This document shows positions 1 to 14,571 of a DNA stretch of 64,000 nt, piece after piece; within the stretch, counting starts at the first letter, position 1, and every line of letters begins with the position of its first letter. The notes beneath the pieces are model-generated. The model did no database searches and was not told the DNA's origin. It was given only the letters and a program-made list of their open reading frames with translations. The stretch spans positions 106,128,499-106,192,498 of the forward strand of contig NC_068987.1 of assembly GCF_001194135.2 (NCBI RefSeq), written 5' to 3'. The position numbers were made by a program, and so were the translations under genes. The stretch is from Octopus bimaculoides. Its lineage: Eukaryota.

Positions 1-299
1 TATTAAGGAATATCTTTGAGCCTTTGTAAAACAGCGCCTGCCGCCCCCAATGACGAAATTGATACGTTTGACGAACCAGGATTGGGCTTTCAACATCATG
101 ATGAAAATTTATGAAACCAGCTTCCATCGGCATCAACAGCAGCTAAATATCTATAGATACCATGTGTTTGAAAAAAAACTTATTTGATCTATAATATCCA
201 GCTCATTCTTCAACGAACATCAACGCATTGGAACAGCGATCCTAATATCAATACTACATTTGAGTTAATAACTCCGTCCTCATCTTAAATATACAGAAA

Positions 300-1320
300 A
301 GATAACAACAATCAAATCCAGATCTGTTTTGCAGTAGACATAACAACAACCAAGTCGAGATCAAAACTTTACAGTCGAGATAAGAACAACCAAGTCGAGA
401 TCTCAGTTTTACAGTAGAGACAACAACATTCTCCTGAACTTAGTATTGCAGTAGAGACTATTTATTAACTAGATTACAGTGACACAGTAAACACTGTGTA
501 ACAGCCAGCCCACCTCTATAAATACACTGTATAGAGTAATGCCTCCATTTTGTGGTCATCAAAACACTGTGGTTACAATAACATTCATCACGTGATCATT
601 AAATTGTAGAGTCTATGACATATAACACGTGACCAAAACTACATTCTAGAGACTATAACACCCACCTTGTGATCATAACTGCATTGTAGAGACAATAACA
701 TCTTTCGCGATCACACCTACATTGTAGAGACTACAGCATCTATCACGTGATTATAATTGTTTGTAGAGACCATAACATCAATTTCGTGGTAATAACCACA
801 TTCTACAATATATGACAGCTATTCCGTGAGGGTAACCACACTGTAACGACTATAACATCTATTTCCGGATCATAACTACACTGTAAAGATTATAACACGC
901 ACCTTCTGACCATAGGTACATTGTAGAGTTTATAACATTTATTTCGGGATCACAACTGCACTGTGACGACTATAACATCATTTCGTGGTCATAACTGCAT
1001 TGCAGAGACTATAACATCATTTCGTGATCATTACTGCATTGCAGAGACTATAACATCATTTCGTGATCTTAACTACAGTGTATAGACTTTAACATCATTT
1101 CGGGGCCTAAACTACAGTGTACATACTATAACATCATTTTGTGATCATAATTAATAGCAGAACCTTTACCATCCTTCCTCTAATCTTAACATTGTAGTGA
1201 CTATAAAATCTGTCTTGTGATCATACTACATTGTGGAAATTCTAACATCCATTAGCTGGCCATAACTACATTCTGGAGAATATAACATCAATCTTGTGAT
1301 TACAACTACCTAGTAGACAT
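300..1320. repeat. Degenerate ~39-40 bp tandem minisatellite, ~26 units
   Basis: Recurrent unit ~GTAGAGACTATAACATCATTTCGTGATCATAACTACATT. Near-identical 39-nt copies at ~965-1150, 40-41-nt copies upstream, more diverged copies at 300-470. Variable unit length and stops argue against coding. Confidence 0.85.
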
Positions 1321-1974
1321 TTTGATATTCATCTCCTGCAATACATGTACATAGATGTATATACGTTTGTTATTTGTTGAGTTACTCTAACAATATTGTT
1401 ACTTGTTATGTTTGTTGAATTTTTTACAATATTGTTATTTGATTTGTAACTCCAAATTTCTTACTTTTACTATTTTCAACATTGTTAATTCTTGTTCTGA
1501 ATTAAATTTTTTTTATAAATTTCTCCTTTTGAGATTATATTTTTTGTGAAATTATGCTAACCTTTTCTTGTAAAATGTCGATGATATATGGCATCGACGT
1601 CAGCATATTTTCTTATGCTTTGACTTTTGAGGAAGTATGAACAGGCGGCAGCCGTCTTCAATGATTTTAGCCTTTTATATGATATTTCACAGCAAAGACA
1701 TTTTTTTTACGTCTTTATGGTCATATATATACTCATCTAAAGACATTCTTGTCGTTGACGCGAATGTACAGGTGTAAGCAATTAAATAGAAAGAATATTA
1801 ATTTTTAAAAGTTTACGTGTATGTATATGTGTGTATGTGTGTATGTATGTGTGTATATACATATATATGTATATACACATGTAGAGAGTGAGTGTGAGAG
1901 ACAGAAAGTGAGAGGGGACAGGAAGATTGAATATATATTCATGTAGTTAAATGGATTACGAAGTGAATACGTAC

Positions 1975-1996
1975 ATACATACATACATACATACAT

Positions 1997-2031
<35 letters not shown>

Positions 2032-2090
2032 CACAGACAGACAGACATACATACATACATACAGACAGACAGACAGATAGATAGATAGAC

Positions 2091-2121
<31 letters not shown>

Positions 2122-2171
2122 CAGACAAACAGACAGATAGATAGATAGATAGATGGATAGATAGATAGATG

Positions 2172-2225
<54 letters not shown>

Positions 2226-2238
2226 CAGACAAACAGAC

Positions 2239-2299
<61 letters not shown>

Positions 2300-2301
2300 T
2301 A
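1975..2301. repeat. Compound tetranucleotide microsatellite (CATA/CAGA/GATA)n
   Basis: Directly visible; runs into an N gap. Confidence 0.95.
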
Positions 2302-3113
2302 NNNNNNNNNNNNNNNNNNNNNNNNNNNNNNNNNNNNNNNNNNNNNNNNNNNNNNNNNNNNNNNNNNNNNNNNNNNNNNNNNNNNNNNNNNNNNNNNNNN
2401 NNNNNNNNNNNNNNNNNNNNNNNNNNNNNNNNNNNNNNNNNNNNNNNNNNNNNNNNNNNNNNNNNNNNNNNNNNNNNNNNNNNNNNNNNNNNNNNNNNNN
2501 NNNNNNNNNNNNNNNNNNNNNNNNNNNNNNNNNNNNNNNNNNNNNNNNNNNNNNNNNNNNNNNNNNNNNNNNNNNNNNNNNNNNNNNNNNNNNNNNNNNN
2601 NNNNNNNNNNNNNNNNNNNNNNNNNNNNNNNNNNNNNNNNNNNNNNNNNNNNNNNNNNNNNNNNNNNNNNNNNNNNNNNNNNNNNNNNNNNNNNNNNNNN
2701 NNNNNNNNNNNNNNNNNNNNNNNNNNNNNNNNNNNNNNNNNNNNNNNNNNNNNNNNNNNNNNNNNNNNNNNNNNNNNNNNNNNNNNNNNNNNNNNNNNNN
2801 NNNNNNNNNNNNNNNNNNNNNNNNNNNNNNNNNNNNNNNNNNNNNNNNNNNNNNNNNNNNNNNNNNNNNNNNNNNNNNNNNNNNNNNNNNNNNNNNNNNN
2901 NNNNNNNNNNNNNNNNNNNNNNNNNNNNNNNNNNNNNNNNNNNNNNNNNNNNNNNNNNNNNNNNNNNNNNNNNNNNNNNNNNNNNNNNNNNNNNNNNNNN
3001 NNNNNNNNNNNNNNNNNNNNNNNNNNNNNNNNNNNNNNNNNNNNNNNNNNNNNNNNNNNNNNNNNNNNNNNNNNNNNNNNNNATATATATATATATACAT
3101 ATGTATATAGATA

Positions 3114-3144
<31 letters not shown>

Positions 3145-5166
3145 GTGTATACATACACACACATTCATACACATTAACTCAGTCGATGTTACTTATGTAT
3201 TAGAAAACGATTCATTATTTTTTTATATACAGATTCAGAAAATAAAATTATAGTATACGTAAATAGATACATAAATACATACATGCATACATACATGCGT
3301 ACGTACATACAAACATAGGTGCATGCGTACATACATANNNNNNNNNNTAGATAGATAGATAGATAGATAGATAGATATAGATATAGATAGATAGATAATA
3401 TAAAAATAAAGATATAAATAAACATTTATTTATTTAGAATGTGGTGAGGATTGAGAGGCGTGGTTTATGTGGTGTGTATCCGTAGAGTCAGGTTATTTTA
3501 AGTGCTTGCTAGTATTAACCCAAAATCTTGTACAGCTTTTCAAATAGAAGTGTGGTCGATCATTTCCGGGTTTAACGAGCTTTTCACATAGACATGTGGT
3601 TGATTCTTACGTGGATAGCCCAACCAAAATAGTCCTATGGATAGGACTGGTAAAAACTCTGTAGACCAAAAGCAAGGTCTGTTAAAAAGACAGAGATTCG
3701 CAACATTAGATCAAAGAATACCAATTAGCAGTGCGCCGGTTACATAGATTTTAAATGAGAACACTGTAAATGTTTGTATATGGTAAATGGATTCATCTGT
3801 GTTGTAAGAGAAAGAAAAAAAATAGCGTCCTTTAAGGTGGCGAGAACGATGCAGCTGCATATATGCAATGATATGCTTGCTTGCAAATATGCATAGATAT
3901 AAATTTATGTATTGGTGCTTGTATGCATATATACACCACATGCATATATATATATATATATATATANNNNNNNNNNNNNNNNNNNNNNNNNNNNNNNNNN
4001 NNNNNNNNNNNNNNNNNNNNNNNNNNNNNNNNNNNNNNNNNNNNNNNNNNNNNNNNNNNNNNNNNNNNNNNNNNNNNNNNNNNNNNNNNNNNNNNNNNNN
4101 NNNNNNNNNNNNNNNNNNNNNNNNNNNNNNNNNNNNNNNNNNNNNNNNNNNNNNNNNNNNNNNNNNNNNNNNNNNNNNNNNNNNNNNNNNNNNNNNNNNN
4201 NNNNNNNNNNNNNNNNNNNNNNNNNNNNNNNNNNNNNNNNNNNNNNNNNNNNNNNNNNNNNNNNNNNNNNNNNNNNNNNNNNNNNNNNNNNNNNNNNNNN
4301 NNNNNNNNNNNNNNNNNNNNNNNNNNNNNNNNNNNNNNNNNNNNNNNNNNNNNNNNNNNNNNNNNNNNNNNNNNNNNTATTAGAAAACGATTCATTATTT
4401 TTTTATATACAGATTCAGAAAATAAAATTATAGTATACGTAAATAGATACATAAATACATACATGCATACATACATGCGTACGTACATACAAACATAGGT
4501 GCATGCGTACATACATACATACATACATACATACATACATACGTACATGAATATTGTAGAATTACAAAGTACAACAGCGAAATATATTCCCATCAATGAT
4601 ATAATAGAGATAAATTGCGATTTTCAGAAAGATTGATCGACCAGCTAATTCGTACATAACAAGTCCAATCTGTGAGTGGAACAGTAAAAATGTGCAAGAC
4701 GTTTCGCAAGTTCCAAATGTGAATTTGTCTGTTAACTACATCCAAAAAGATGGAGTCTTGTCGCTTTGTTGCCGACCTGCCCCCTCCTCAGTGAAAGATT
4801 TATAGTAATTAAAAAATAAAAGAGACATACATGCATGCATGCCTAACTGTCAGTCTGGATAAGGTTGGAGTTTCAGAAAAAGAAATCAACCAACTGATTC
4901 GAACATTATTGCAACAATCTGTAAGCGGAACAATAAAACTATGCATGACTTTTCTCAGGTTTGAAATGTGACAGTTTTTGTTATTTACATTTCAAAGATG
5001 GATCTTTGTTTCTTTGTTAGCTTAAATAATTAAAAACAGAAGAAACATCCGTACATACGTACATACATACGTACATACATGCGTACATACATACATACAT
5101 ACATGCATACATGCATACATACATGCATACATACATGCATACATATATACAAACATGCATACACAC

Positions 5167-5316
5167 ATAGGTTCAGGTTTATTCCAGTAATTATCGGAGT
5201 CCTGGGATGCATAACCCTCTGCCCAAGTATCAATCTTGAATATAAGGCTTCTCGTATCCAGAAAGGAGAAAGCTGACTCGAAGACATCTTGCTAGTCTGA
5301 CACTTCTGAACCTATG
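5167..5316 (+). mobile_element. 3' end fragment of RLE-type non-LTR retrotransposon ORF (decayed)
   Basis: Translates as RFRFIPVIIGVLGCITLCPSINLE, then after a frameshift GFSYPERRKLTRR. This resembles the C-terminal 'PxIIGALG' region that follows the restriction-like endonuclease in R4/Dong/NeSL-type elements. Confidence 0.55.
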
Positions 5317-5374
5317 AAAAAAAAATCTGTTTTCTATTTCATTCTATATAGAGTTCTGAAATTCTCCTTTATCC

Positions 5375-5895
5375 AGAGTGGCTGTGTGGTAAGTAGCTTG
5401 CTCACCAACCACATGGTTCAGGGTTCAGTCCCACTGCGTGGCACCTTCGGCAAGTGTCTTCTACTACAGCCTCGGGCCAACCAATGCCACGTGAGTGGAT
5501 TTGGTAGACGGAAACTGAAAGAAACGTGTCGTATATATATATATATATATATATATATATNNNNNNNNNNNNNNNNNNNNNNNNNNNNNNNNNNNNNNNN
5601 NNNNNNNNNNNNNNNNNNNNNNNNNNNNNNNNNNNNNNNNNNNNNNNNNNNNNNNNNNNNNNNNNNNNNNNNNNNNNNNNNNNNNNNNNNNNNNNNNNNN
5701 NNNNNNNNNNNNNNNNNNNNNNNNNNNNNNNNNNNNNNNNNNNNNNNNNNNNNNNNNNNNNNNNNNNNNNNNNNNNNNNNNNNNNNNNNNNNNNNNNNNN
5801 NNNNNNNNNNNNNNNNNNNNNNNCGATTTATTCGACTAAAGGCGGCACTCTAGCATGGCCGCAGTGAAATAATTGAAACAAATAAAAGAATAAGA
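5375..5895 (+). mobile_element. tRNA-derived SINE family A, interrupted by (TA)n and a gap
   Basis: Head GAGTGGCTGTGTGGTAAGTAGCTTGC...GGTTCAGTCCC (A/B-box-like). Tail GGCGGCACTCTAGCATGGCCGCAG...GAAACAAATAAAAG. Homologous to the 26375-26788 copy. Confidence 0.85.
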
Positions 5896-5989
5896 GAAAA
5901 GATAGAAGCCCGAATTCCAAATCCTTATCTCTACGTGTAACGAACGCTTTAATTGGCTTCTAATGTTTTAGTTGATAGCTAAGTGTACT

Positions 5990-6196
5990 AAGGGTGGCGA
6001 GCTGGCAGAGGCGTTAGCACGTTGGGCAAAACGCTTAGCGGTATTTCGTCTGTCTTTACGTTCTGAGTTAAAATTCCGCCGAGGTTGACTTTGCCTTTCA
6101 TCCTTTGTGTGTCGATAAATTAAGTAGCTGTTGCGTGCTGAGGTCGATCAAATCGACTAGCCCCCTCCACCAAAATATCGATCCTTGAGTAGAAAA
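5990..6196 (+). mobile_element. tRNA-derived SINE family B
   Basis: GGCGAGCTGGCAGA..GTTAGCACG..GCTTAGCGGTATTTCGTC..TTCTGAGTT.AAATTCCGCCGAGGT.GACTTTGCC; many homologues in the window. Confidence 0.85.
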
Positions 6197-6684
6197 GATA
6201 GCTTAGTGTGAAAGCCTTTAATTTTATTTGCGTACATTATCTTGAACGATAATTTTAATGGAATTATCTGTGCAAGGTAATATGTTTTATGTCAGCGTAA
6301 ATTCTTCAACTTAGGCATATTGAATCCCAATTCAAAAATGCTTCGCGGCAAAACACTTGCCTATATTATGTACATAAATTTTAAAGACAAAGTTTTCCAT
6401 AAATCAGTGGATCGCTGGGATAATGGTCTGATAAGTAATGTATACCACTTAGAACGCATCTTCAGTCAGGTCATTGCTGAGAACACTATTCAAAATGCAT
6501 GTTTATAAACATGACTTCGTTAAGGAGTACAGATATTCATGAACGGACATTGCTCGGTGATAAGATTGCATAAGTGATATATTACGGAAAATACAGCAAG
6601 GATTCTAACAAGGCTATCAAGTGCAAGGAATCTCCATCTGTAGGGAGAATACAAGTGATGGTAATTGCCGCAAAAGAAGTCAAT

Positions 6685-6736
<52 letters not shown>

Positions 6737-7155
6737 CTTGTGCTCTCTAGTATATCATTGATGGGAATATATTTCACAGTTGTACCGTGTAATTCTACAA
6801 TATTGTCCTATTATGCACCCCCTCAAATCTGCAATAGCAAAGGCCAAACGATGCATTCAAGTTATAATTTTATACATCTTTCCTAGAATATGTTTTATAT
6901 CAAAATAAATTCTCCTATCGAAGAATATGCATGCGTATGTGCGCGCACACACACACACACACACACACAGACACACGCAAACACACACACAAACACACAC
7001 GCACACAATTCACTATCCCCTACGCGGCAATGTTATTTTCTCTCGTCCTTTTCTTACCTTGAGCTATATGTATGCACGTATTTATGTGTGTATATATATA
7101 TCTATAGGTACACATACATACATAAATATATACATACATATATATCATACATACG

Positions 7156-7213
<58 letters not shown>

Positions 7214-8873
7214 GTATGTATATATATTATGCATATATATAAATATATATATATTATACATACGCCCCACATGCATGTACACATTCACACATATATAAAT
7301 ATGCACATATATATATATGTATACATACAAACAGATATACACACACACAAACGTGTATATATATATGTGTGAATGTCTATATGTGAGGGTAAGTATAGAA
7401 TGAGATAACGAAATGGATCGGGAGCTACGTGTAGTTAGGTAGGTAGGCAGGTAGGTAGATAAATGGACACATAGATATATAGATAGATAGATAAATATAA
7501 TTAAAGAGACAGACAGGGATATTGATATACAAACATACAAACAGACAAACATATATGGGAGAGAAAGAAAAAGAGTAGAGGTTGAAAGAGAATAACATTG
7601 GCGCATAAGAGATAGTGAAGAATAGTGAAATAATAGATTTGCGCGAATTGTTATGCTATGGATAATGAATTCAAATGCTTGCAATATTTTTCGAAGCGTT
7701 TCAACAAAGATTTTGAATTTGCAAACGGAAGAGAAAAAAAGGTACTCAATACATATAATTGAATTTATTAATATATATTCATAGCTGAGCCATCCCTCCG
7801 TCATTTCTCTCCATTTCCTTGTTTCTGTTTAGAATAAACGAATATATACGTAGTTGGTTCAGGCAACCTTACAGAAAAAGACCAGGGTTACGCAATATTT
7901 CTATAAAAATGTTAACACAGGTTAACAATGATAGTAAAAAAGCTTCTATGAAGGCAGCATTAGCGTGAAATTATTTTAATGGAAGTTTCGTAGGAAAAAA
8001 CATGCCTTGCAATGTTATCAATAAGAATAGAATATATATATTTTTCTTTGACGTTTCTAATCCAACATTTATATTTGTAATTTTGTTTCCATTCTTTCAC
8101 TACAAACATCATAAAAACCAGTATGGCATATTCTTGGAAGTCCATCGCGTGATACTTGCAAACTGAACTTCAGATGGAATAATTTTATGGCCATTAAAAT
8201 TGAAATATTCCATTTCTTCTCTTTCGATGTTTGGCTTCAAGTGGGTGATAGAATATTTTATAATGAACTTAGATTGTTTTTAAGCTTTCTTCTTGATTTT
8301 CGCACCGTATATCTTTTGTTTCTTTTCATTTCTATGAGAAAGACCACCTCACTTCGCCACTCTCTTTTCCTGACATTATTTCCTTTTCATTTACTCACTT
8401 TTCCATTCTCTATTCTTTACCATCTTTCATTTTGTTATTCTCTGTTTGTTGTTTGATTTCTCCGTTACTTTAGTGATGTCAATAATATTTTCGGAAAATG
8501 ATTTTTAACGAAATGTATACTTGCTTAGACATTCATACTTACATACTGATACAACCCATTATATGTATACATACGTACGTGCATATATACACATACTTAT
8601 ATACATACATTCATTCATACATACATAGTTACACATATATACACATATACACACACATATAAATATATATACTCGCAGACAGATGCATATCATATATAAA
8701 CACATCTATGCTTGTATATATATACGTATGTATATATATACATGTATATGTATATGTACATACACACACACACGCACACACAAACATATATATACATATA
8801 TGTATATATATATACATATACTTATATGCTTTATATATACATATGTATATATATATATTTATATATATTATAT

Positions 8874-8908
<35 letters not shown>

Positions 8909-9171
8909 NNNNNNNNNNNNNNNNNNNNNNNNNNNNNNNNNNNNNNNNNNNNNNNNNNNNNNNNNNNNNNNNNNNNNNNNNNNNNNNNNNNNNNNNNNNN
9001 NNNNNNNNNNNNNNNNNNNNNNNNNNNNNNNNNNNNNNNNNNNNNNNNNNNNNNNNNNNNNNNNNNNNNNNNNNNNNNNNNNNNNNNNNNNNNTGTGTTT
9101 TTGAAGTTATGGGTTCATTTATGCTCTGTACGCATAAAAATGTATTAGAAATCATAATTGTATCTATCTGT

Positions 9172-9210
<39 letters not shown>

Positions 9211-9212
9211 CA

Positions 9213-9251
<39 letters not shown>

Positions 9252-9346
9252 ATATCTATCTATCTAACTGTCTGCCTGTCAATCTACTCTCAATACACAC
9301 ATACGTATACATACACACAAACATATAACCGTTATATATATATATG

Positions 9347-9377
<31 letters not shown>

Positions 9378-9384
9378 GTGTGTA

Positions 9385-9448
<64 letters not shown>

Positions 9449-9493
9449 CACATATATATATTCCTGCGTTTCGGTGCATGCATATGCATATGC

Positions 9494-9524
<31 letters not shown>

Positions 9525-10559
9525 TGTATGTATATCTATACATGCATAACACACACGTGTATACATGCATATATGCATACACATTGCCAGCAAAAACAAA
9601 AAAAGAGAGGGAAAGGGAGACAGACGGAAAAGGGAGAGAGAGAGAGAAAAAGAGAATGAAAGGTATTGATTCGCTTGATGATTATTAGTATCTTTGTCTT
9701 TTGACAGAAATATTTTCATTATTTTGATATAGGAGAGAAATGACTGCATTTTTAATCAATTCAGTGATTCACCTCAAATACTTTGTTGTGGTGATCATTA
9801 TGTTGTGTGCACAGTTTTATAGACTGGAAGTCTGTGGAAATACACCGCTTGAGCCCTCGTCACAATAAGTGTAAAAATTTGTAATATTTGAAATGTTCAA
9901 TATGGATCGTTAAAGGAAGTCACTGGAATCATCGGTATGCTATCATAAAAGAAGCTTTGAGCTGGTACCCCAGCTCTGAGCGATGTCTTTATGCTAAAAT
10001 TTATGTACAGAAAATTGGTTGTAATTCTACAAAACAATATATATTAACATTTATTTTTAAAATCAATGCCTAATGATTTTTAATTATAAAAATATAATGG
10101 GAATTTTTTAATACATAGAATGACTACGAAGAAGCCCTACCCCGAGTAAAATAGGATTCAAAAGAGTCCATAGGTAAAAAAAAAAGGTTTAGAATCACTG
10201 CTCCAAATGGATCGTAAAGATTCGGACAAAAGGAAATCAAATTGACTTAGACTTTGTGAGCGAGCTACGATTACTCTCTCAATATTGATGTTATAAAAGA
10301 TGGAAGAAGATATATACAGTGAAAATGTGACGTCGTTCTTGTGTTACGTGCATATACACTCATATTCACACAGACGCACTAGCACACAGACTAACACATA
10401 CATACGTGCATATAACATGTTTAGATATATATATATAAAATATGATGCTGGCTGCTGTCGATTTCGACGTATGATAGTTTGAATTTAAAAGATAAAGAAG
10501 CTGCATCTATATCCGATGGATTCGTAAATGTAATTTGAGTCCAGGTATGGATTTTATAA

Positions 10560-11075
10560 TGAAGCCACAATTGGGACACTTTTGCCGAAGATTTGATAAA
10601 TATGTCTGTTGATCGCAAAATACATTTCTTTTATTGATCACTTTCTTCAGCTGAAATTGTTTTGATACGCGATGACACATTTTACGCAATGCATTCTAGT
10701 GTCCTCACACTTTCGACAGTACAACTGCTGCAAGCATAGATGTCCTAGATTACCTCTGGCAAAGATCCACTCGACTAATTGGCATAAACCAGTCACAAAA
10801 CATTGCAGTCCTCTCTTCACAGGTGTCTCTTTTCTCTGCCTGGGTTTGGCTGCAGTCACGTTGTTTCCACTTATGCACTCCTACCTTACATATCTCTCCT
10901 CCACCTACCATAATTTTGAGTCTAACCTTCGAGGTCGCATACAAATCACAATGCTCATTCTGTCCTTCTCACAACCCGGGCCCGCAAGTGTTCTCACCGG
11001 GGTTATATCATTCCAGGGGATTTTGACTTAATAATTTTTCAGAGGAACATTGATGGCGTCAATCTCAGGGCCTGA
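10560..11075 (+). mobile_element. Highly decayed LINE ORF2 C-terminal region (jockey/L2-like)
   Basis: Frame-broken pieces LDYLWQRSTRLIG, TLQSSLHR, SRCFHLC..SPP and IPGDFDLIIFQRNI resemble the post-RT tail of jockey/L2-type ORF2 (LDRIQxRAxRLI..LQSLxHRR..YRYFHG..FP..YNL..FK). Confidence 0.45.
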
Positions 11076-12606
11076 AAAGCTGATGGACACCGGTTCTTCC
11101 ACCATAACTGAACAAGTAAAATCTTTCTGTCTGCCTGCCTGTCTGTCTGTATCTCTGCCTGTCTGCCTGTATCACAGTTACGTTAATCCAACGACATATA
11201 TATGTACGTACGTACTTCCGTTCATACATGTATGTATATTATATATGAATGTGAGTATGTATGTGTATGCATTTATATATATGAGATATGACAAGAGAAT
11301 GGGGGAGAAGGGTAACAGACTCGTTTGCTAAATTACGATGGTAACAGAGTGGAAAGAAAACTACTTATCGCTTTCAGAAAAATCATTCAGAAATGCATAC
11401 ATGCATAGGTACATATACGTGTCTGCTAGTAAGTATAATCTTGCATGTGTGTGCTTGTATATATGTGTGTGTGTGCGTGCGCCGGTTTGCGTGTATATGT
11501 ACGTGTTTTCTTGTATGTGTATGCGTTCGTGTGTACGCATGTACATATTCGAAGCTGATGATTCCCGGGAAGCTTCAGCTTTGAAGAAATGAATATAAAA
11601 ATCTAATGTGTATAAGTAAAACTTTGTAGATTATGTAAATGCATCCATCCATACGTACATAGATACATAGTTAGAGCCATGCATAATAGTAACAATATTA
11701 TGGACATATAACTTTTGTCGGTTTTTCAAAAGTCAAAATCTACCTGCCGGGAAATATAATACGCTGAAAAGAAAATTCCGCTGGAAAGACCTGGTGATTA
11801 AACTCGTGGATTATTTTGCATAAATGTCAATACTTTCAAAATAATATACGTTGAGTTGGAGCGTAACTTTGCGAGAAATATAGATACATAGATCGATTGA
11901 TCTATAGATAAGAAGAAATTCACTTGCATGCATATATGCAGGTACCTGCAAAGACACATATACATACACATGTACATACAAAGGGAAATAGATCGATAGA
12001 ATAGCTTTAAACACATGCACATATATGTCGGAAAGTACGTATGTTTGCACGCATGTATGGTTGTGTTTCTATATATGTAGGTATATGGGTGTACACACAC
12101 ACACATAAACACGTACACACTTACACATGTACGCGCGGAAACACATATATGAATATATACTTATTATGTATGTGTATATACCTATATTTACATGCTTATA
12201 TATGTGAATGTATATATATTTATATATGTGTGTGTACTTGCATATACATACATGTGCGAGTACATATATGCATATATATAGGTACATATATACATATATG
12301 TATGTATATATNNNNNNNNNNNNNNNNNNNNNNNNNNNNNNNNNNNNNNNNNNNNNNNNNNNNNNNNNNNNNNNNNNNNNNNNNNNNNNNNNNNNNNNNN
12401 NNNNNNNNNNNNNNNNNNNNNNNNNNNNNNNNNNNNNNNNNNNNNNNNNNNNNNNNNNNNNNNNNNNNNNNNNNNNNNNNNNNNNNNNNNNNNNNNNNNN
12501 NNNNNNNNNNNNNNNNNNNNNNNNNNNNNNNNNNNNNNNNNNNNNNNNNNNNNNNNNNNNNNNNNNNNNNNNNNNNNNNNNNNNNNNNNNNNNNNNNNNN
12601 NNNNNN

Positions 12607-12649
<43 letters not shown>

Positions 12650-13490
12650 AAACACGGTCACACACCCACATACCCACCTACACAGACACACACATGTATA
12701 TGGATGAATTTATATGCATAAATGTATAGTAAATGAAATGGAAGTTGTTAAAATATACTGTAGTTTATCTTAAAATGTATTATGTTTGATGAAATCGACT
12801 TCAGAATATATTTCGAAAAAATAAACTTAAGGAAAAAAGTAACCGTGACAAACAATGTGGTCCATAAGCAATACATATACAATGTGTGTTTACACGACAA
12901 TAGTGTAATCCTTTGCTTAATCTGTTTAGCTTATCAAATCTTAGTTTTCAGCATAAGAGAGTCAGATAGAAGGGACAATCTTCGGAACACATTTCATACT
13001 GTTCTAGACTGGTGACATAGATGGAGTTACTGTTCATTGTGAGCATACATAGGTGAAAGTTGCTACTGTTATTGAAGTTGTTTTTGATAATGTTGCTGTT
13101 TACTACAAGATCAGCCTAGATCGATTAAAGCTATCAAAATCATTCAAGCATTAAATATTCCATTTACTATTCAAATACAGTGTATCGGTAATAACAAAAA
13201 CAAACAAACCAGCAAGAACGTGTCCCTCGTTTATTGAAATTGGCAGCGTGTGGTTTGAAAGAGTTTGGGCTGCAATTTCTACCGAATCAAGCGATGGCAT
13301 AGCGGTAACACTGTTTGCATAAACTACACATGTCTGAGCGATTCAGGTGTTTTAGAAATCCTGGAAGAATGGACTGGAAGAAATTACATGATGAAAGGTC
13401 AAAGAAAGATATCGATCAGTGTGGAGAAGATATCACATTAGTACATTAGCCAGGTTACATAACCAGGGCAGAGGTCATTGAAGTAGACTT

Positions 13491-13493
<3 letters not shown>

Positions 13494-13571
<78 letters not shown>

Positions 13572-13641
13572 NNNNNNNNNNNNNNNNNNNNNNNNNNNNN
13601 NNNNNNNNNNNNNNNNNNNNNNNNNNNNNNNNNNNNNNNNN

Positions 13642-13703
<62 letters not shown>

Positions 13704-13760
13704 GGAAAGTGAGTGAGAGAGAGAGAGAAATAGAGAGTGAGAGAGAGAGAGAGAGAGGGA
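13494..13760. repeat. (GA)n microsatellite spanning a gap
   Basis: Directly visible. Confidence 0.95.
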
Positions 13761-14495
13761 TAGTCGTGATTTAGTGATTAAATATTTAAAATTTACTCGC
13801 TCATCTCTCATTTTACTGAATCCCGGTCAGATTATGTCTGTATAAGAAACAGACGATGTAATATATGTTAGGAAAATTCCAATGTGGAGCATGGAGTTTT
13901 GTAACGGGTTAGCAATAAATGAATTTCCGATCCTGAAAAGAAGGACTAGGGTAGAAATAATGTGGTACCGCAATTAAGATGTTCATCGACGTTTGCGGTA
14001 TTTCACATCCGTACCGAATTTTAAGGGATTTAGTCCTTGTGTAGGGAGTGTGGATGTAGCACTGAGAGATTGGAATTTTAGCATACATATCTCTAACATG
14101 TGTATCACTTTCGCTGTTGTAAGTTACACACAAATGTTCGGCCTGCATACAATATCTTTCTATCGATATCGGGCACAGGCTAAAACGATAACAATAGCAA
14201 CTCCTTGATGCTGATGTCTATCGGCTCCAAATCAACTCTGACTGCAGAAATCTAATCAAAGATCATAGACATGTTGATTATCAGTATCTCGCACTTTTTC
14301 CATATCTGGGACATCATTACTAATAAAACATTCCTTTTATAAAATATTATAATTGATATTTGGAGAGAGGGTTGCAAGTTGACTGACTGCATAGACAATT
14401 TTTAAGTGGCAGGTACCTTTTCCGGTAAAAAAAAATATAGGTAAATATAGGGCATGTTAGTGGTGTGGAAAGCATTTAATTCCTAAAAGCCAGAG

Positions 14496-14571
<76 letters not shown>

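Noticed and set aside
7-114. Acidic coding-like tail KTAPAAPNDEIDTFDEPGLGFQHHDENL*
   Set aside because: Only 36 codons at the window edge, with no recognisable homology and no visible acceptor context.
963-1155. 13-aa repeat protein (VETITSFRDHNYI)n from the 39-nt units
   Set aside because: In-frame stops, and neighbouring units of 40-41 nt break the frame.
300-1320. CRISPR-like array (conserved core plus variable segment)
   Set aside because: The variable segments are homologous to each other and too short, the cores are not identical, there are no cas genes and the context is eukaryotic.
3631-3648. Palindrome AGTCCTAT-GG-ATAGGACT
   Set aside because: Several 8-bp inverted repeats are expected by chance in 64 kb.
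5166-5316. 11-bp perfect inverted repeat CATAGGTTCAG / CTGAACCTATG suggesting a MITE
   Set aside because: Both arms lie within LINE-derived coding sequence and there is no TSD; most likely chance.
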